A stretch of 64,000 nt of DNA from the human T2T-CHM13v2.0 reference genome, Homo sapiens, in assembly GCF_009914755.1 (NCBI RefSeq), contig NC_060925.1, one strand, 5' to 3'. A program made the position numbers and the translations under genes. Position 1 is the first letter of the stretch; the number at the start of each line of letters is the position of its first letter. The notes beneath the pieces were generated by a model. The model was given only the letters and a program-made list of their open reading frames with translations. It was not told the origin of the DNA and ran no database searches. Shown piece after piece: positions 49,530 through 64,000 of the stretch.

Positions 49530-50283
49530 TGAGATAGAGTCTTACTCTGTTGCCCAGGCTGGAGTGCAGTGGTGCGAACTCAGCTCACTGCAAGCTCTGC
49601 CTCCTGGGTTCACGCCATTCTCCTGCCTCAGCCTCCTGAGTAGCTGGGACTACAGGTGCCTGCCCCTACACCCGGCTAATTTTTTGTATTTTTAGTAGAG
49701 ACAGGGTTTCACCGTGTTAGCCAGGATGGTCTCGATCTTCTGACCTTGTGATCTGCCTGCCTTGACCTGGGATTACAGGCGTGAGCCATCGTGCCCGGCC
49801 ATGATGGTTAGTTTTATGTGTCAACTTGACTGGGTCAAGGGGTGCCCAGATAGTTGGTCCAACATTATTCATAGTGTTTCTGTGAGGGTATTTTTCGATG
49901 AGATTAACATTTAAGTTGGTACACTTGGAATAAAGCAGATTGCCTTTCATAATGTGGGTGGGCCTCATTCAATTAGTTGAAGGCCTGAACAGAACAAAAG
50001 ATGCCAACTGCACCCTATCCCCATGGAGCAGAAGAGAATTCTCCAGCAGAGTGATGAGTGACCATGAACTTGAACTGGAATATCGGCTCTTCTGTTTCTC
50101 CAGACTGGTGGCTCACCCTGCAGATCTGGGACTTGCCAGCCTCCATAATCACATGAGCCAAGCAATTATATATGTATAATAAGTTCCTGATAGTAATTTC
50201 TTATTTATCAACAGAGTTATATCAAGATACATAGATACAATCTCCTATTGGTTATGTTTCTCTGCAGAACCCTGAATAATATA
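49472..50283 (+). mobile_element. MLT2C/D-like ERVL LTR with an AluY near its 5' end
   Basis: TGTGATGGTTA start; TSD gtcta. Confidence 0.85.
49502..49800 (-). mobile_element. AluY
   Basis: gcaagctc..cacgccattc diagnostics; TSD tgatggttagtttt. Confidence 0.93.
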
Positions 50284-50291
50284 GTCTATTA

Positions 50292-50618
<327 letters not shown>

Positions 50619-50643
50619 GTCCTGGAAGAAGTGCCAAATGTTA

Positions 50644-50995
<352 letters not shown>

Positions 50996-51361
50996 ACTAA
51001 AAAGCATAGTAATACTCAGTATAGGATACACTGATAAAGTAGAGGCTGTGGTCCAAGGTGAGAGGCTTAGTAATGCTATAGCCTTTCTCTTCTGCCCTAA
51101 ATCATACAAATGAAAGAAAAAATATGTTTATAAACCCTTTATTTTGGTGGGAACAAAGAATGGCTTTCCTCAGGCCAGAAACTAGTAGGACACCCTGAAA
51201 GCCAGAACTAGATTGGCTAACAGGATATGTCAGTCCAAAGATGAGTATACAAGAATCCCAAACATTTGAGGAGTTCTAAAATCATGAAAAAGAGAGGCAC
51301 AATGGAGACAGAAGAAGCCCCAACAAAACAGAGTAAATAGAGCAATCAGAATAGGACTATA

Positions 51362-51487
51362 GGATGGTATGGTGGCTCACACCTGTCATCTCAGCATGAG
51401 GCAGGAGGATCACTTGAGCCCAGGAGTTTGAGACCAGCCTGGGCAACACAGTGAGGCCCTATCTCTATAAAATAAAATAAAATAAAA
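51362..51487 (+). mobile_element. FLAM
   Basis: Monomer consensus match. Confidence 0.8.
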
Positions 51488-51599
51488 TTCAAAAAGAAGA
51501 AGACTTTAGAAACATTAGCATCCCCAGAGATGAAAGACGATATTGCATCATAGACAATAGTTAGCTAAAGAGCTTGGAAGTTAAAAACAGTCTGAAATA

Positions 51600-51882
51600 G
51601 GCCAGGCACCGTGGCTTAAGCCTGTAATCCCAGCATTTTGGGAGGCCAGGGCGGATGAATCACTTGAGATCAGGAGTTTGAGACCAGTTACAATGGTGAA
51701 ACCTCATCTCTACTAAAAATACAAAAAATTAGCTGGGCATGGTAGCAGGCACCTGTAATCCCAGCTACTTGAGAGGCTGAGGCAGGAGAATCACTTGAAC
51801 CTGGGAGGCAGAAGTTTCAGTGAGTCGAGATCGCGCCACTGCACTCCAGCATGGGTGACAGAGTGAGACTCCATCTCAAAAA

Positions 51883-51885
<3 letters not shown>
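51600..51885 (+). mobile_element. AluS
   Basis: TSD agtctgaaata. Confidence 0.93.

Positions 51886-51931
<46 letters not shown>
51885..51931. repeat. (CA)n microsatellite, about 23 units, at an Alu tail
   Basis: Seen directly. Confidence 0.95.
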
Positions 51932-51936
<5 letters not shown>

Positions 51937-51993
51937 TAGTCTGAAATAAAATCTTCAAGAACCACATAGCAGCAGAGAGGCAGGTTAAGTGTA

Positions 51994-52161
51994 CAACTTG
52001 GTGGTCCTCCCCTTCTAGGAGGTCACCAGGTAGATGCTGAACTTAGTGTGGACACCCAGTTAGCACAGTGCACTACAGCCTAGAACTCCTGGGCTCAAGC
52101 AACCCTCCCACCTCAGCCTCCTGAGTAGCTGGAACCACAGGCATGTGCCACAGTGCCTGGC
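51994..52161 (-). pseudogene. 7SL (SRP RNA) pseudogene, 3'-truncated at about nt 168
   Basis: Minus strand reads Alu-domain 5' part, then S-domain sequence absent from Alus: GGGTGTCCACACTAAGTTCAGCATC...GGTGACCTCC...GGACCACCAAGTTG. Confidence 0.92.
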
Positions 52162-52384
52162 CTTTGTTTCTGAATTTATAAGATGGAGAAAGTTGTACTC
52201 AAGGATATCAAAGGTCTCTTCCAACTAAAAATGTCCTAGAATCTTAGACTCTCTTTTAGTGGACTCTGAGTCATAAGGCAATCAAGCAAAGAAAGAAAGC
52301 AGAACACTGAACCCATCAAACAACCCTCACTTCTCAATGGAGAGCTACGCAAAGGAAATTGCCCTGCCTCATTCCTGCCCAAGT

Positions 52385-52760
52385 TCTACTTCATCCCACT
52401 TCTTCCCCTTCCGTGGCTTGGCCTTCAGCTCCCTCCCTTCCCTCTGCCCTGTCTCTTGTCCCTATGACTTCTCTGTCTCTTCCCCCTGTGCCTGCCTCAG
52501 TCACCAGTCACTCAAACCCTCTTCCTACTTCATGTCCAGACCATCTTGTTCCTCTGGCCAGTTTCTCTTCTTCCCAACTCCCTGCCTGGACCACCTCCAC
52601 CCCGGCTTATACCCCTGCTCCTCCCACCACCTGCCTTCCTCCACTCCCTCTCTCTTCCATTTGCTGCCTCTTCCAACTTGCTCCCCTCTTCTCCCACACC
52701 CCTCCCTTTACCCCTGCCCCACTTCCTCACCCTACTTCTTCCACCTGCTGCATGAGCCTT
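52385..52760. repeat. C/T-skewed low-complexity tract
   Basis: About 375 nt strongly pyrimidine-biased on +. Confidence 0.7.
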
Positions 52761-53273
52761 GGGCCCAGATAGGCCTCTTCTGCTCCTGCTAGGACATCTG
52801 CCCCAACAAGCCCTCACCAGGCCTGGTGATTCCCACACTCCACTGGGCATGCCCTCTGTCCCTACCAGTGAGAACCTGGCTTGTCCCAGAGCTCCTGGGA
52901 ATGTGATACCCAGCATCCTGGTGACCCAGTGAACATGGAAGACACTGGATGATGACCAGCAGACATACAGCGTGGAGGGGCATCTTCCTCAGATAAAGGC
53001 CTCTTTTCCAAGACTGGGTTCTCAGCCACCACCATGTCTTGGTTATCTTGCTGCCTGAGGTTAGCGTGTGCCTCCATTCCCATTCCTTACATCAAATTTA
53101 AGTGGAGATCTTATTATTTGTACATGACAGATACTATAGGGATTAAAGTGCAGGAAAAATTGCAAGTAGACTCTGAATTCTGATTATTCCTATTCGTTTC
53201 AACAGTTAGGTCATGGGCACTCTGATAACACACACAGACACAGACCATCTTGCACAAATGGTTCACTGTTGCT

Positions 53274-54047
<774 letters not shown>

Positions 54048-54867
54048 TTACCATTACCCAATACAGAGGGACCAGCCTGGAAATGTCAGGCAGCTGTAGC
54101 CTGATGGTGGTGTGAATGGAATACTCCTAAGAAGTTGTGTTTTCCCTGTCCTTTTATATAATCCAGACAACTCGATTTGGATCGCTTGATTTACTTCTAT
54201 GTCATATTTATCCAATAAAGTCCATTTGGCCATAGAACACATTTAATCTTGGGATGAGGAAACATTCTTATTTTAACCCCTTAGGAGCAGAGGACTGAGC
54301 TTATCATTTCCCCCAGTTCACAACCTACTTTTATCATTGGCCTGGGCAAGGCCTCAGTTTTGTTTTATTTATTTACTCACTTTCATACCCATTTCTCACT
54401 TCTACCACCTTCATTTAAAAAAACTCTCAAAATATTTTGATATGAATTTGTATCTATTCTTGTAAAATATGTGGTGTCATTTTGTGGCCATATCTTTAGT
54501 TTTTGCACATATTATGCTCTAGATTTCATTTTTTCTATCTTGTCACCCAGCACTCTATTTTTAAGATCTGTCGATGTGTGCATATGTCATCTGTGCTTCT
54601 AACTTCTGCACTGCATCCTTAGGGTGTCTCCTCCACATTGTCCTCATTCATTTCCCCAGTGGTGGACACAACCTAGGTTGCCTTCAACTCTGACCATGAT
54701 GGACAGTTCTGAACTGTATACATGCCCACTTTTGATACATGTGAGAGTTCTCTGGGGTAGGTACCCACCACTGGGAGCACTGGATTGGAGGGCTGAGTTA
54801 GAGAAGAAGGCAGGGGCCTACCCTTAGAAAGACCATCACTTGACTTTCTTGAGTAATATCCAGGTAC

Positions 54868-55716
54868 TGACAGGGACAGGAAGCAGAGAAATTCTAGGCA
54901 GAAAAGGGTCCCCAGAGAAACCCTACCCTCAAACTGAAAAGCCTAAACCACAGCCAAAAGTGAGAACTTATATCCCAGTTTTCCTGCTCAAATGTTGCCT
55001 TTTCCTAAACCACCATGGCCCTGCCCTGCTCCATCCTGTGCATATAAAAACCCCAGACTCAGCCAGTATATGGGACTATGGCTGGATGTTGGAGAGAAGC
55101 AGCTTGACTTCAGAGAGACAGCTTGATGGTATAATTTCAGAGAAGAATCTGGCTGGAGACAGCTGGACTCCAGGGGAAGATTACCAATCCTCCATCCCCT
55201 TTTCAGCTTCCCTTCCCACTGAGAGCCACTTTCATTGGCAATAAAATCCCCCACATTTACCGTCCTTCAATTCCTTCGTGAGACCTCATTTTTCCTGGAT
55301 ACTGGACAAGAGCTTGGGAGCCACGAATGCAGATACAAAAGGCTGCCACACTGGCCCTTTGCTCTCCCTGGCGGAGGGCAGCCGCCCCATGTGACAAGGC
55401 AAAGGGCCCACTGAGCTGTTAACACTTAAGCCATCCACAGACAGCAGAGCTAAAAGAGCACTACAACACGCACCCTGGGGCTTCAGGGGTCACAGGCAGC
55501 CCCACCTGGAAGCTGCCATGGGGCCTGCATGGAATTTGCTCCTGCCGGTGGCAGAGTGGCCGGCCAGTTTCAGCCACTCTAGTCCACTCATGCACTCCAG
55601 TTCCACCTGGTTCACTTGCACGCTCCCTCCTGTGAGGAGTTGAGAGTGGCAGGCTGAGTAAACAAGGCATCCCTGTCACGAGTCCCATGAAGGGGTCAGG
55701 GAAATATCCTGCTTCT
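54868..55716 (+). mobile_element. MER50 ERV1 LTR
   Basis: TGACAGGGACAGGAAGCAGAGAAATTC start; TATA-like catataaaaacccc; AATAAA; TSD gtac. Confidence 0.85.
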
Positions 55717-55946
55717 GTACCATCTCATTCATATCCCAGGAATAATCCACGAAAATCTATTCTGACCACCAAGGCTTTCCCACTTTGAGAATCCACCTCC
55801 CGCAGGAAGAGGGAAGGTTTCCAGTGTTTCCATCCAAGCTATGATCAAAAGACCCCTGCCCTGGAATTTATAAGGTAATGGGGTTTGGGAGGTGATGGTG
55901 GTCTAGATCCTACACAACTGTAGACATCTGATTTTCAGATGATATA

Positions 55947-56351
55947 TGTTGTAGGTGATTAGTGACTGGGCTGGTGGCACGGATCGTAAGAAGAATTTAC
56001 CAAGATAGTTGTAGGTAAAAAAGGCAGATTTATTAGAGAAAGTATGAAAATATGTTGCAAGGGTACAATGGGCAGGCCAGCCAGAAAGGAGCTGACTGCA
56101 AAGAGACAAAGGCTTACTGGGGATTTTATAGGATGGTGCTGTGTGCTGAAGAGGGCTTTGTACAGTATTGATAATGCCCTGGTTACAGAGAGCTCACGTG
56201 CAGGTGTCTGGTGATAAGTTGGGCGCAGGAAGATTGTGAGTTATTTGCGCTGGGCCATGAAGAAAGGCAGATGTATAGCTTATCTGCTTTTTCTTTTAAC
56301 CTTCCCTCTGTCCTGCCAGCCTGATTCATTTTCCCTAATTAGGAATCCACA
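55947..56351 (-). mobile_element. ERV1 LTR (MER83-like)
   Basis: Minus strand starts TGTGGATTCCTAATTAGGGAAAA; atata flanks. Confidence 0.7.
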
Positions 56352-56361
56352 ATATATTTTT

Positions 56362-56490
56362 AAATTTTTTTTGTAGAGATAGGATCTCACTGTGTCACCC
56401 AGGTTCATCTTGAACTCCTATCCTCAAGCAATCCTCCTGCCTCAGCCTCCCAAATTGCTGGGATTACAGATGTGAGCCACCATGCCCAGT
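56362..56490 (-). mobile_element. FLAM
   Basis: Monomer consensus match. Confidence 0.85.
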
Positions 56491-56828
56491 CTCAGATGAT
56501 ATTTTAAAAACAGACATAACTGAGGTATAATTTACATGAAATAGAATGCACCCATTTAAAGGGTACAGTTTGATGTATTCTGATAAATGTATACACCTAT
56601 GGAGCCACCATTCAGATACAGAACATTTTCATCATCCCCCCAAACTCCTTTGTGATCCTTTGTAGTCAATATCTCCACCCACCCCAAATCCTCAGGCAAC
56701 ACTAACTGACATTTTGTCCCTATAGGTTAGTCTTGTGTGTTCTAGAATGTCATTTAACAGTATTTACCTTTTGTGCTTGATATCTTTCATTCAGTATTGT
56801 TTTTGCAATACATTTATTTTGTTGCCTG

Positions 56829-57437
<609 letters not shown>

Positions 57438-57643
57438 ATTATCAGAATTCGTTCCCCTTAGTGCTGAGTATTATCGCATTATTGTAATACACCACAGATT
57501 GTTTTTTCACTGCACCTATTGCTAGATGTGACAGTTTCAATGTGTGGCCTTTCAACTCCAAATCTACCCTTCATTGCCTGTTCTGCATAGTGGCATAGCC
57601 CCATTAACCATGTCTCCTTTGCAGTGAGAACAGTGTTGGGTTT

Positions 57644-57661
57644 TGTCAGTAGATGGCGCTG
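57644..57661 (+). promoter_or_regulatory. Candidate CTCF site
   Basis: TGTCAGTAGATGGCGCTG matches the core consensus CCASYAGRKGGCRS except at one position; lies in LTR41. Confidence 0.7.
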
Positions 57662-58817
57662 GTAGGACACTGCTGGAGGGAGAAACTTCTGGAGCCAGTG
57701 TGCTTCACTGAGAAAGAGAAGTTTTGCTTCTCTTTCTCCACTAGTGCGCTGCTGCGAGGGGCAAATGCATGGGGACATCCATTAGGGTTCTGCCCTGGCT
57801 GTGCGTCCCCAGCACGTTCATGCCTCTGAGCTCACAGCCCCAGCCGTAGCCCTGTGCCCACCTCCCACAGCCCTCCCCACATGGACTCTACCCATCTCAG
57901 GCTTTGTACGGAGGTGAGCGGCCCTGGCCCTCTGACTCCCTGTGTGCCAGCTGCCAGCATGGCCCGCCAGCTCCCTGCAGGGTTTCCATGCCTCCCAGGC
58001 CTTCGATGACTCTGCCTGCGAGTAGGTTCCTGATTCTGACTCTCCCTGTGCATACGCCTGCCAGCCTTGCCTGCCTGTACCTGGGGGTGTTGCCTTGCTT
58101 ACCTGAGACTCTAGACCAGGTTTGGGCTGGGAAACCCAGCACACTTCTTCACATCACATTCATTACACGTTTTCCAACAAGGTTCGAATCCCAGCTTTAA
58201 GGAGAGGGCCTTCTTCCAATGTGTTCCTTTCTTGGGCACTCTCCTTCAGCCTTAGGATAGTCTTTAGAGTTCCGTTTACACCTTCAGAATTACTCCTCTG
58301 CTAGAATTAATCTTTTTTTAAAAAAATAAATTTTAATATATATGTAAGGTACACAACATGATGTTATATAAGATGCATATATATAGTAACATGGTTACTA
58401 TAGTGGAACAAATTAACATATCCATCATCTCACATAGTTACTCATTTTCTCCCCTGTGGCAAGAACAGCTATAATCTACTCATTTAGCAAAAATCCTGAA
58501 TAAAATACACTATTATTAACTAGAGTCCTTATGTTGTACCTTAGGTCTTTCCATTTGTTCATCCTACATATCTGCTGCTTTGTATCCTTCGACCTACATT
58601 CCCCATTTCCTTCCCCACCACACCGACCCTGGTAACCACCGTTTTATTCTCTATCTCTGTATATTTGACTTTTTTTTAGATCCCACATATAAGTAAGATC
58701 ATATATTTTTCTTTCCGTGTCTGGCTTATTTAGCATAATGTCCTTCAACTTCTTTCACGTTGTGGCAAATAGCAGGATCTCCTCCTTTTTAAAGGCGAAT
58801 AATATTCCATTATTCCA

Positions 58818-58892
58818 TTATATATAACATATATATAACTGTTATATATATATATAACTGGTTTATATATATCAGTTATATATATATATATG
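58818..58892. repeat. Interrupted (TA)n tract
   Basis: Seen directly. Confidence 0.9.
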
Positions 58893-58981
58893 TTTATCCA
58901 TTCATCATTGTTTCTATATCTTACCTGTAAGATATAGAACATTATCTTATAGGTAAAATAATGTGAATAATGCTGAAATAA

Positions 58982-59390
<409 letters not shown>

Positions 59391-59707
59391 CATATGGTAT
59401 ATTTTAATTGGGATCATATGGTTATATTTTAACTTCTTTAGGAACTTCCTTACTGTTTTCCATAATGGCTGTACCAATTTACATTCAACCGTGTATAACC
59501 GTTCCCTTTTCTCCACACCCTTGCCAACGCTTGTTATCTCTTATGTTTCTGATAACAGCTATCCTAACACATGTGAGGTGCTATCTCATAATGTTTCTGA
59601 TTTGTATTTCCTTGATGATTAGTGATGTTGAGCACCTGTTCATGCACTTGGTAGCCATTATTATGTCATCTTTGGAGAAATGGCTATTCAGATTTTTTGC
59701 CCCCCCC

Positions 59708-60019
<312 letters not shown>

Positions 60020-61188
60020 TAAAGCTTGGATATTAACCCTTTATATGATATGTGGTTTCCAAATATTTTTCTCAATCTGTAGGTTGTCATTTCCTTTTGT
60101 TGATTGTTTACTTTGCTGTGCAGAAGGCTTTCAGTTTTAAATAGTCCCATTTATTTGTTTTTGCTTTTGTAGCCTGAGCTTTTGGTGTGACATCCAAGAA
60201 ATCACTGCCAAGACTAATGTCAAGGAGACTTTCTCTTATGTTTTCTTCTAGGAGTTTTACGGTTTCAGATCTTACATTTAGGGCTTTTACTCATTTTGAG
60301 TTGAATTTTTTGCCTGGTGTAAGATAAAGGTCCAGTTTCATTCTATTGCTTGTGAAAATCCTGTTAATAATTTTTATATTAAAATTTTCTTCAAATTACT
60401 GTGTGGTTTCTATATTCTGATTGAACCCTAACAGATGTATTAGACATTTGTATTGTTTCCAATTTGGGGCTATTGTGAATGAAGGGTTATATGTTTTCTT
60501 GCTATTGAGTTGTATGAGTTCTTTATAAATCTTGACTATATGATTTATAAAGAAGCTGCCATAAACATTCTTGTCTTTGTGCAGAAATATGTTTTCATTT
60601 TTCTAATAAACACCTAGGAGTGGAACTTCTGGGTCATGTGACAAGTACATGTTTACCATTATAAGAAATTGTCAATCCTTTCCCAAAATTGTTGCACAAT
60701 TTTATATTTCCATCAAAAATGCTGCTCCATATACTTGCCAACACTTAATATTGCCAGTCATTAATTTTAGGCATTCTGTGGATATGCAGTTTCCTGATGG
60801 CTAATGATGATGAGTATCCTTTCATGTGCTTATGTATATCTCCTCTTGTGATTGTTCAAATCTTTTTACTTGAGTTGTCTTGTTATTGTCATCTTGTTAT
60901 GAGTCTTAAATGGTATATTTCAAAAAGGGAATAAAATTAATATTTATGATATCCAATATATCTTTTTAATTTTATTTTAGGGTCAGTGCTTTTTATATTC
61001 TCAGAAATTATTGTCTGTCATAAAGTTGTGAAAATGTTTTCCTATATTTTATTCTAGGAGTTTTCTAATTTTAGCTTTTATGTTTAGGTCTATGGGGTTC
61101 GTTTTTGTACATAGTGTAAAGTAGGATCAAGGTCTGTATTTTTCCATCTAAATATCCTGTTGCTGCACCATTTGATGAAAAGATTATT

Positions 61189-61501
<313 letters not shown>

Positions 61502-62431
61502 TTACTTTGGCATCTTTGTTGGAAATCAATTGATCTATTAATCGATTTCAGCAATCTCTGTTCTGTTCTATTGATATAATGTCTATTCTTAGGCCAATAC
61601 CATTGTTACTTTATAATAAGTCTTGCCATCAGGTAGCATAAGTCTTTCAACTTGGTTCTCCTTTTTCAAAATTGTTTTTACTATTGAAGGTCTTTTGTAT
61701 TCCAAATATATTTTAGTATCAGCATGTCAATTTCTACAAAAAGCCTGCTGAGATTTTTATGGAAAGTGCATTGTATCTAGGGATCAATTTGGGTAGAACT
61801 GACAGCTTAACAATATTGTTTTTTTAAGTCCATGAACATGGTATAACTCTCCATAAAGTTAACTCTTTAGATCTTTAATTTCTCTCAGCAGTGCTTACTA
61901 TTTTCCAGTGTATAGGTCTTAGATTTTGTTAAATTTACCCCTAAGTTATTCATGTTTTTACATGCTAGTGTAAAAATTATTGCTTTTAAATGTTATTTTC
62001 TAAAGTTATTTTTAATAGTATATAGAAATAACATTGATATTTGCTTATTGGCTTCATTTCCTGAGTCTTTGACAAATTTATTTTAGTTTCTTTCCCTTAG
62101 ACGTTTCTGTGTACACAATCAAGCCATCTGTTAATAAAGGCAACTTTACTTCTGTGTGAATCTATATACCTTTTATTTATCTCTTATACCCCATTACCAT
62201 ATTGACTAAGACTGCCAGTACAATGTTGAATAGAAATAGTAAAAGCAGACATTCTTTTCTTATTCCTGATCTTAGGGGGAAAGTGTCCAGTTTTCATCAT
62301 TATGTATCACGTTAGCTCTAAGTTTTTCATAAATGCCCTTTTGGGGGTTAAGGAAGTTTTTTCTATTTCTATTTGTCAAGAGTTTTTTTTTTTTTTTTTC
62401 ATTATAAATGAGTATTGAATTTGGTCAAATT

Positions 62432-62710
62432 CTTTTTTTTTTTTTTTTTTTTTTTGAGATGGAGTTTCGCCCAGGCTGGAGTGCAGTGGCCAGCTTACTG
62501 CAACCTCCGCCTCCCAGGTTCAAGCAATTCTCCTGTCTCAGCCTGCCGAGTAGCTGGGACTACAGGCTCCTGCCACCATGCCTGGCTAATTTTTTGTATT
62601 TTTAGTAGAGACAGGGTTTCACTGTGCTAGCCAGGATGGTCTCGATCTCCTGACCTTGTGATCCGCCCGCCTCAGCCTCCCAAAGTGCTGGGAGGCCCGC
62701 ACCTGGCCTG
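62432..62710 (-). mobile_element. AluS/Y
   Basis: TSD ggtcaaattctttt. Confidence 0.93.
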
Positions 62711-63650
62711 GTCAAATTCTTTTTATGCATCTATCGAGATGATCACATGCTTTTCTCCTTGTTTTCCATTTGTGTTATCATTCTTTGTTCCTTTTTTCTG
62801 CTTTTCCTACCTACTCTTAGATTGTATATTTTTAGTGTTGCAACTTATCTCCATTGTTTGACTAATTGTTTATTTTTTTCTTTTTATTTCTAGTGTTTGT
62901 GCATTTTAACCACAGTCTACCTTTCAATATTATATGTAACTTCAAATACAATGTAAAAACATAGTATACTTCTGTTTTTCCTGTCCCATTCCTTATGTTA
63001 TTGTTACCATACAGTTTTCTTCTACATAAGTTATTCACCCCAAAATAAATGGTTGTTGTTTTTTATTTGTTTGTTTTTGCTCAAAGCAATTATCTTCTAA
63101 GAAAATAAAAAGTATTTTATATTTACACATGTATTTCTGGTGCTCTTCATTCTTTTGTATAGGTCTGAATTCCATTTGGTATCATTTTCCTTCAGCCTGA
63201 ATAATTTGCTTTAATATGTTTTAAAGTGAAAAATTATGGCAACAAATTCTCTCAACTCATCCCCAGCCCCAAGCAATCACTAATCTACTTTTTGTCTCTA
63301 TAGATTTGCCTTTTATGGACATTTCCTATAAATGGAATCATACAATATATGATTTTTTTGTGACTGGCTTTTTTTGCTTAGCAAAATGTTTTCAAGGCCA
63401 TCCATGTTGTAGCATGTATCAGTACTTCTTTCCTTTTTATTGCTAAATAATATTATATTGTATGGACATACCATGTGTTTAGCCATTCAACAGGTGATAC
63501 ACATTTGGGATATTTCCACTTTTTGGCTATAATGAATAATACTGCTAGGAACATTCATGTACAAGCTTTTGTGTGGACATATGTTTTCAATTATCTTCTG
63601 TATATACTTAGGAGAAGAATTGCTAGGTCTTATGGCAACTGTACGTTTAA

Positions 63651-64000
<350 letters not shown>

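Noticed and set aside
52337-53083. 151, 137 and 128-aa overlapping ORFs
   Set aside because: Low-complexity C/T skew suppresses stop codons; no recognisable domain or exon structure.

Overview
Primate (human or close hominid) intergenic DNA, extremely rich in transposons: about 60 Alu/FLAM pieces, many L1/L2/MIR fragments, 13 near-complete solo LTRs plus two LTR fragments (LTR12, LTR5, MLT2, MER66, MER50, LTR41, THE1/MST and others) and several DNA-transposon MITEs. I find no intact protein-coding gene. Almost all ORFs in the supplied track are Alu, L1 or LTR translation artefacts. The real non-repeat signals are fossils. (1) A dead, intron-containing KRAB zinc-finger gene on +: a frameshifted KRAB-A exon at 8700-8825 splices in phase to a decayed ZNF214/ZNF239-type terminal exon at 25724-28093, which is split by two Alus and a MER1B. 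(2) A full-length GTF2F2 (RAP30) retrocopy on - at 38803-39544, with many conservative substitutions. (3) A 5'-truncated, polyadenylated 3'UTR retrocopy at 4491-6225, fused to an LTR12 that has lost its 5' end. (4) A 3'-truncated 7SL copy. There are also several templated or inverted insertion scars and a CTCF motif carried by LTR41. Repeat family names and protein similarities come from my memory of consensus sequences, not from a search. The GTF2F2 retrocopy next to a KRAB relic would fit the human ZNF684-RIMS3 interval (1p34.2), but this is unverified. I see no convincing novel living system; the lost KRAB-ZFP and the lost RAP30 retrogene are the best leads.
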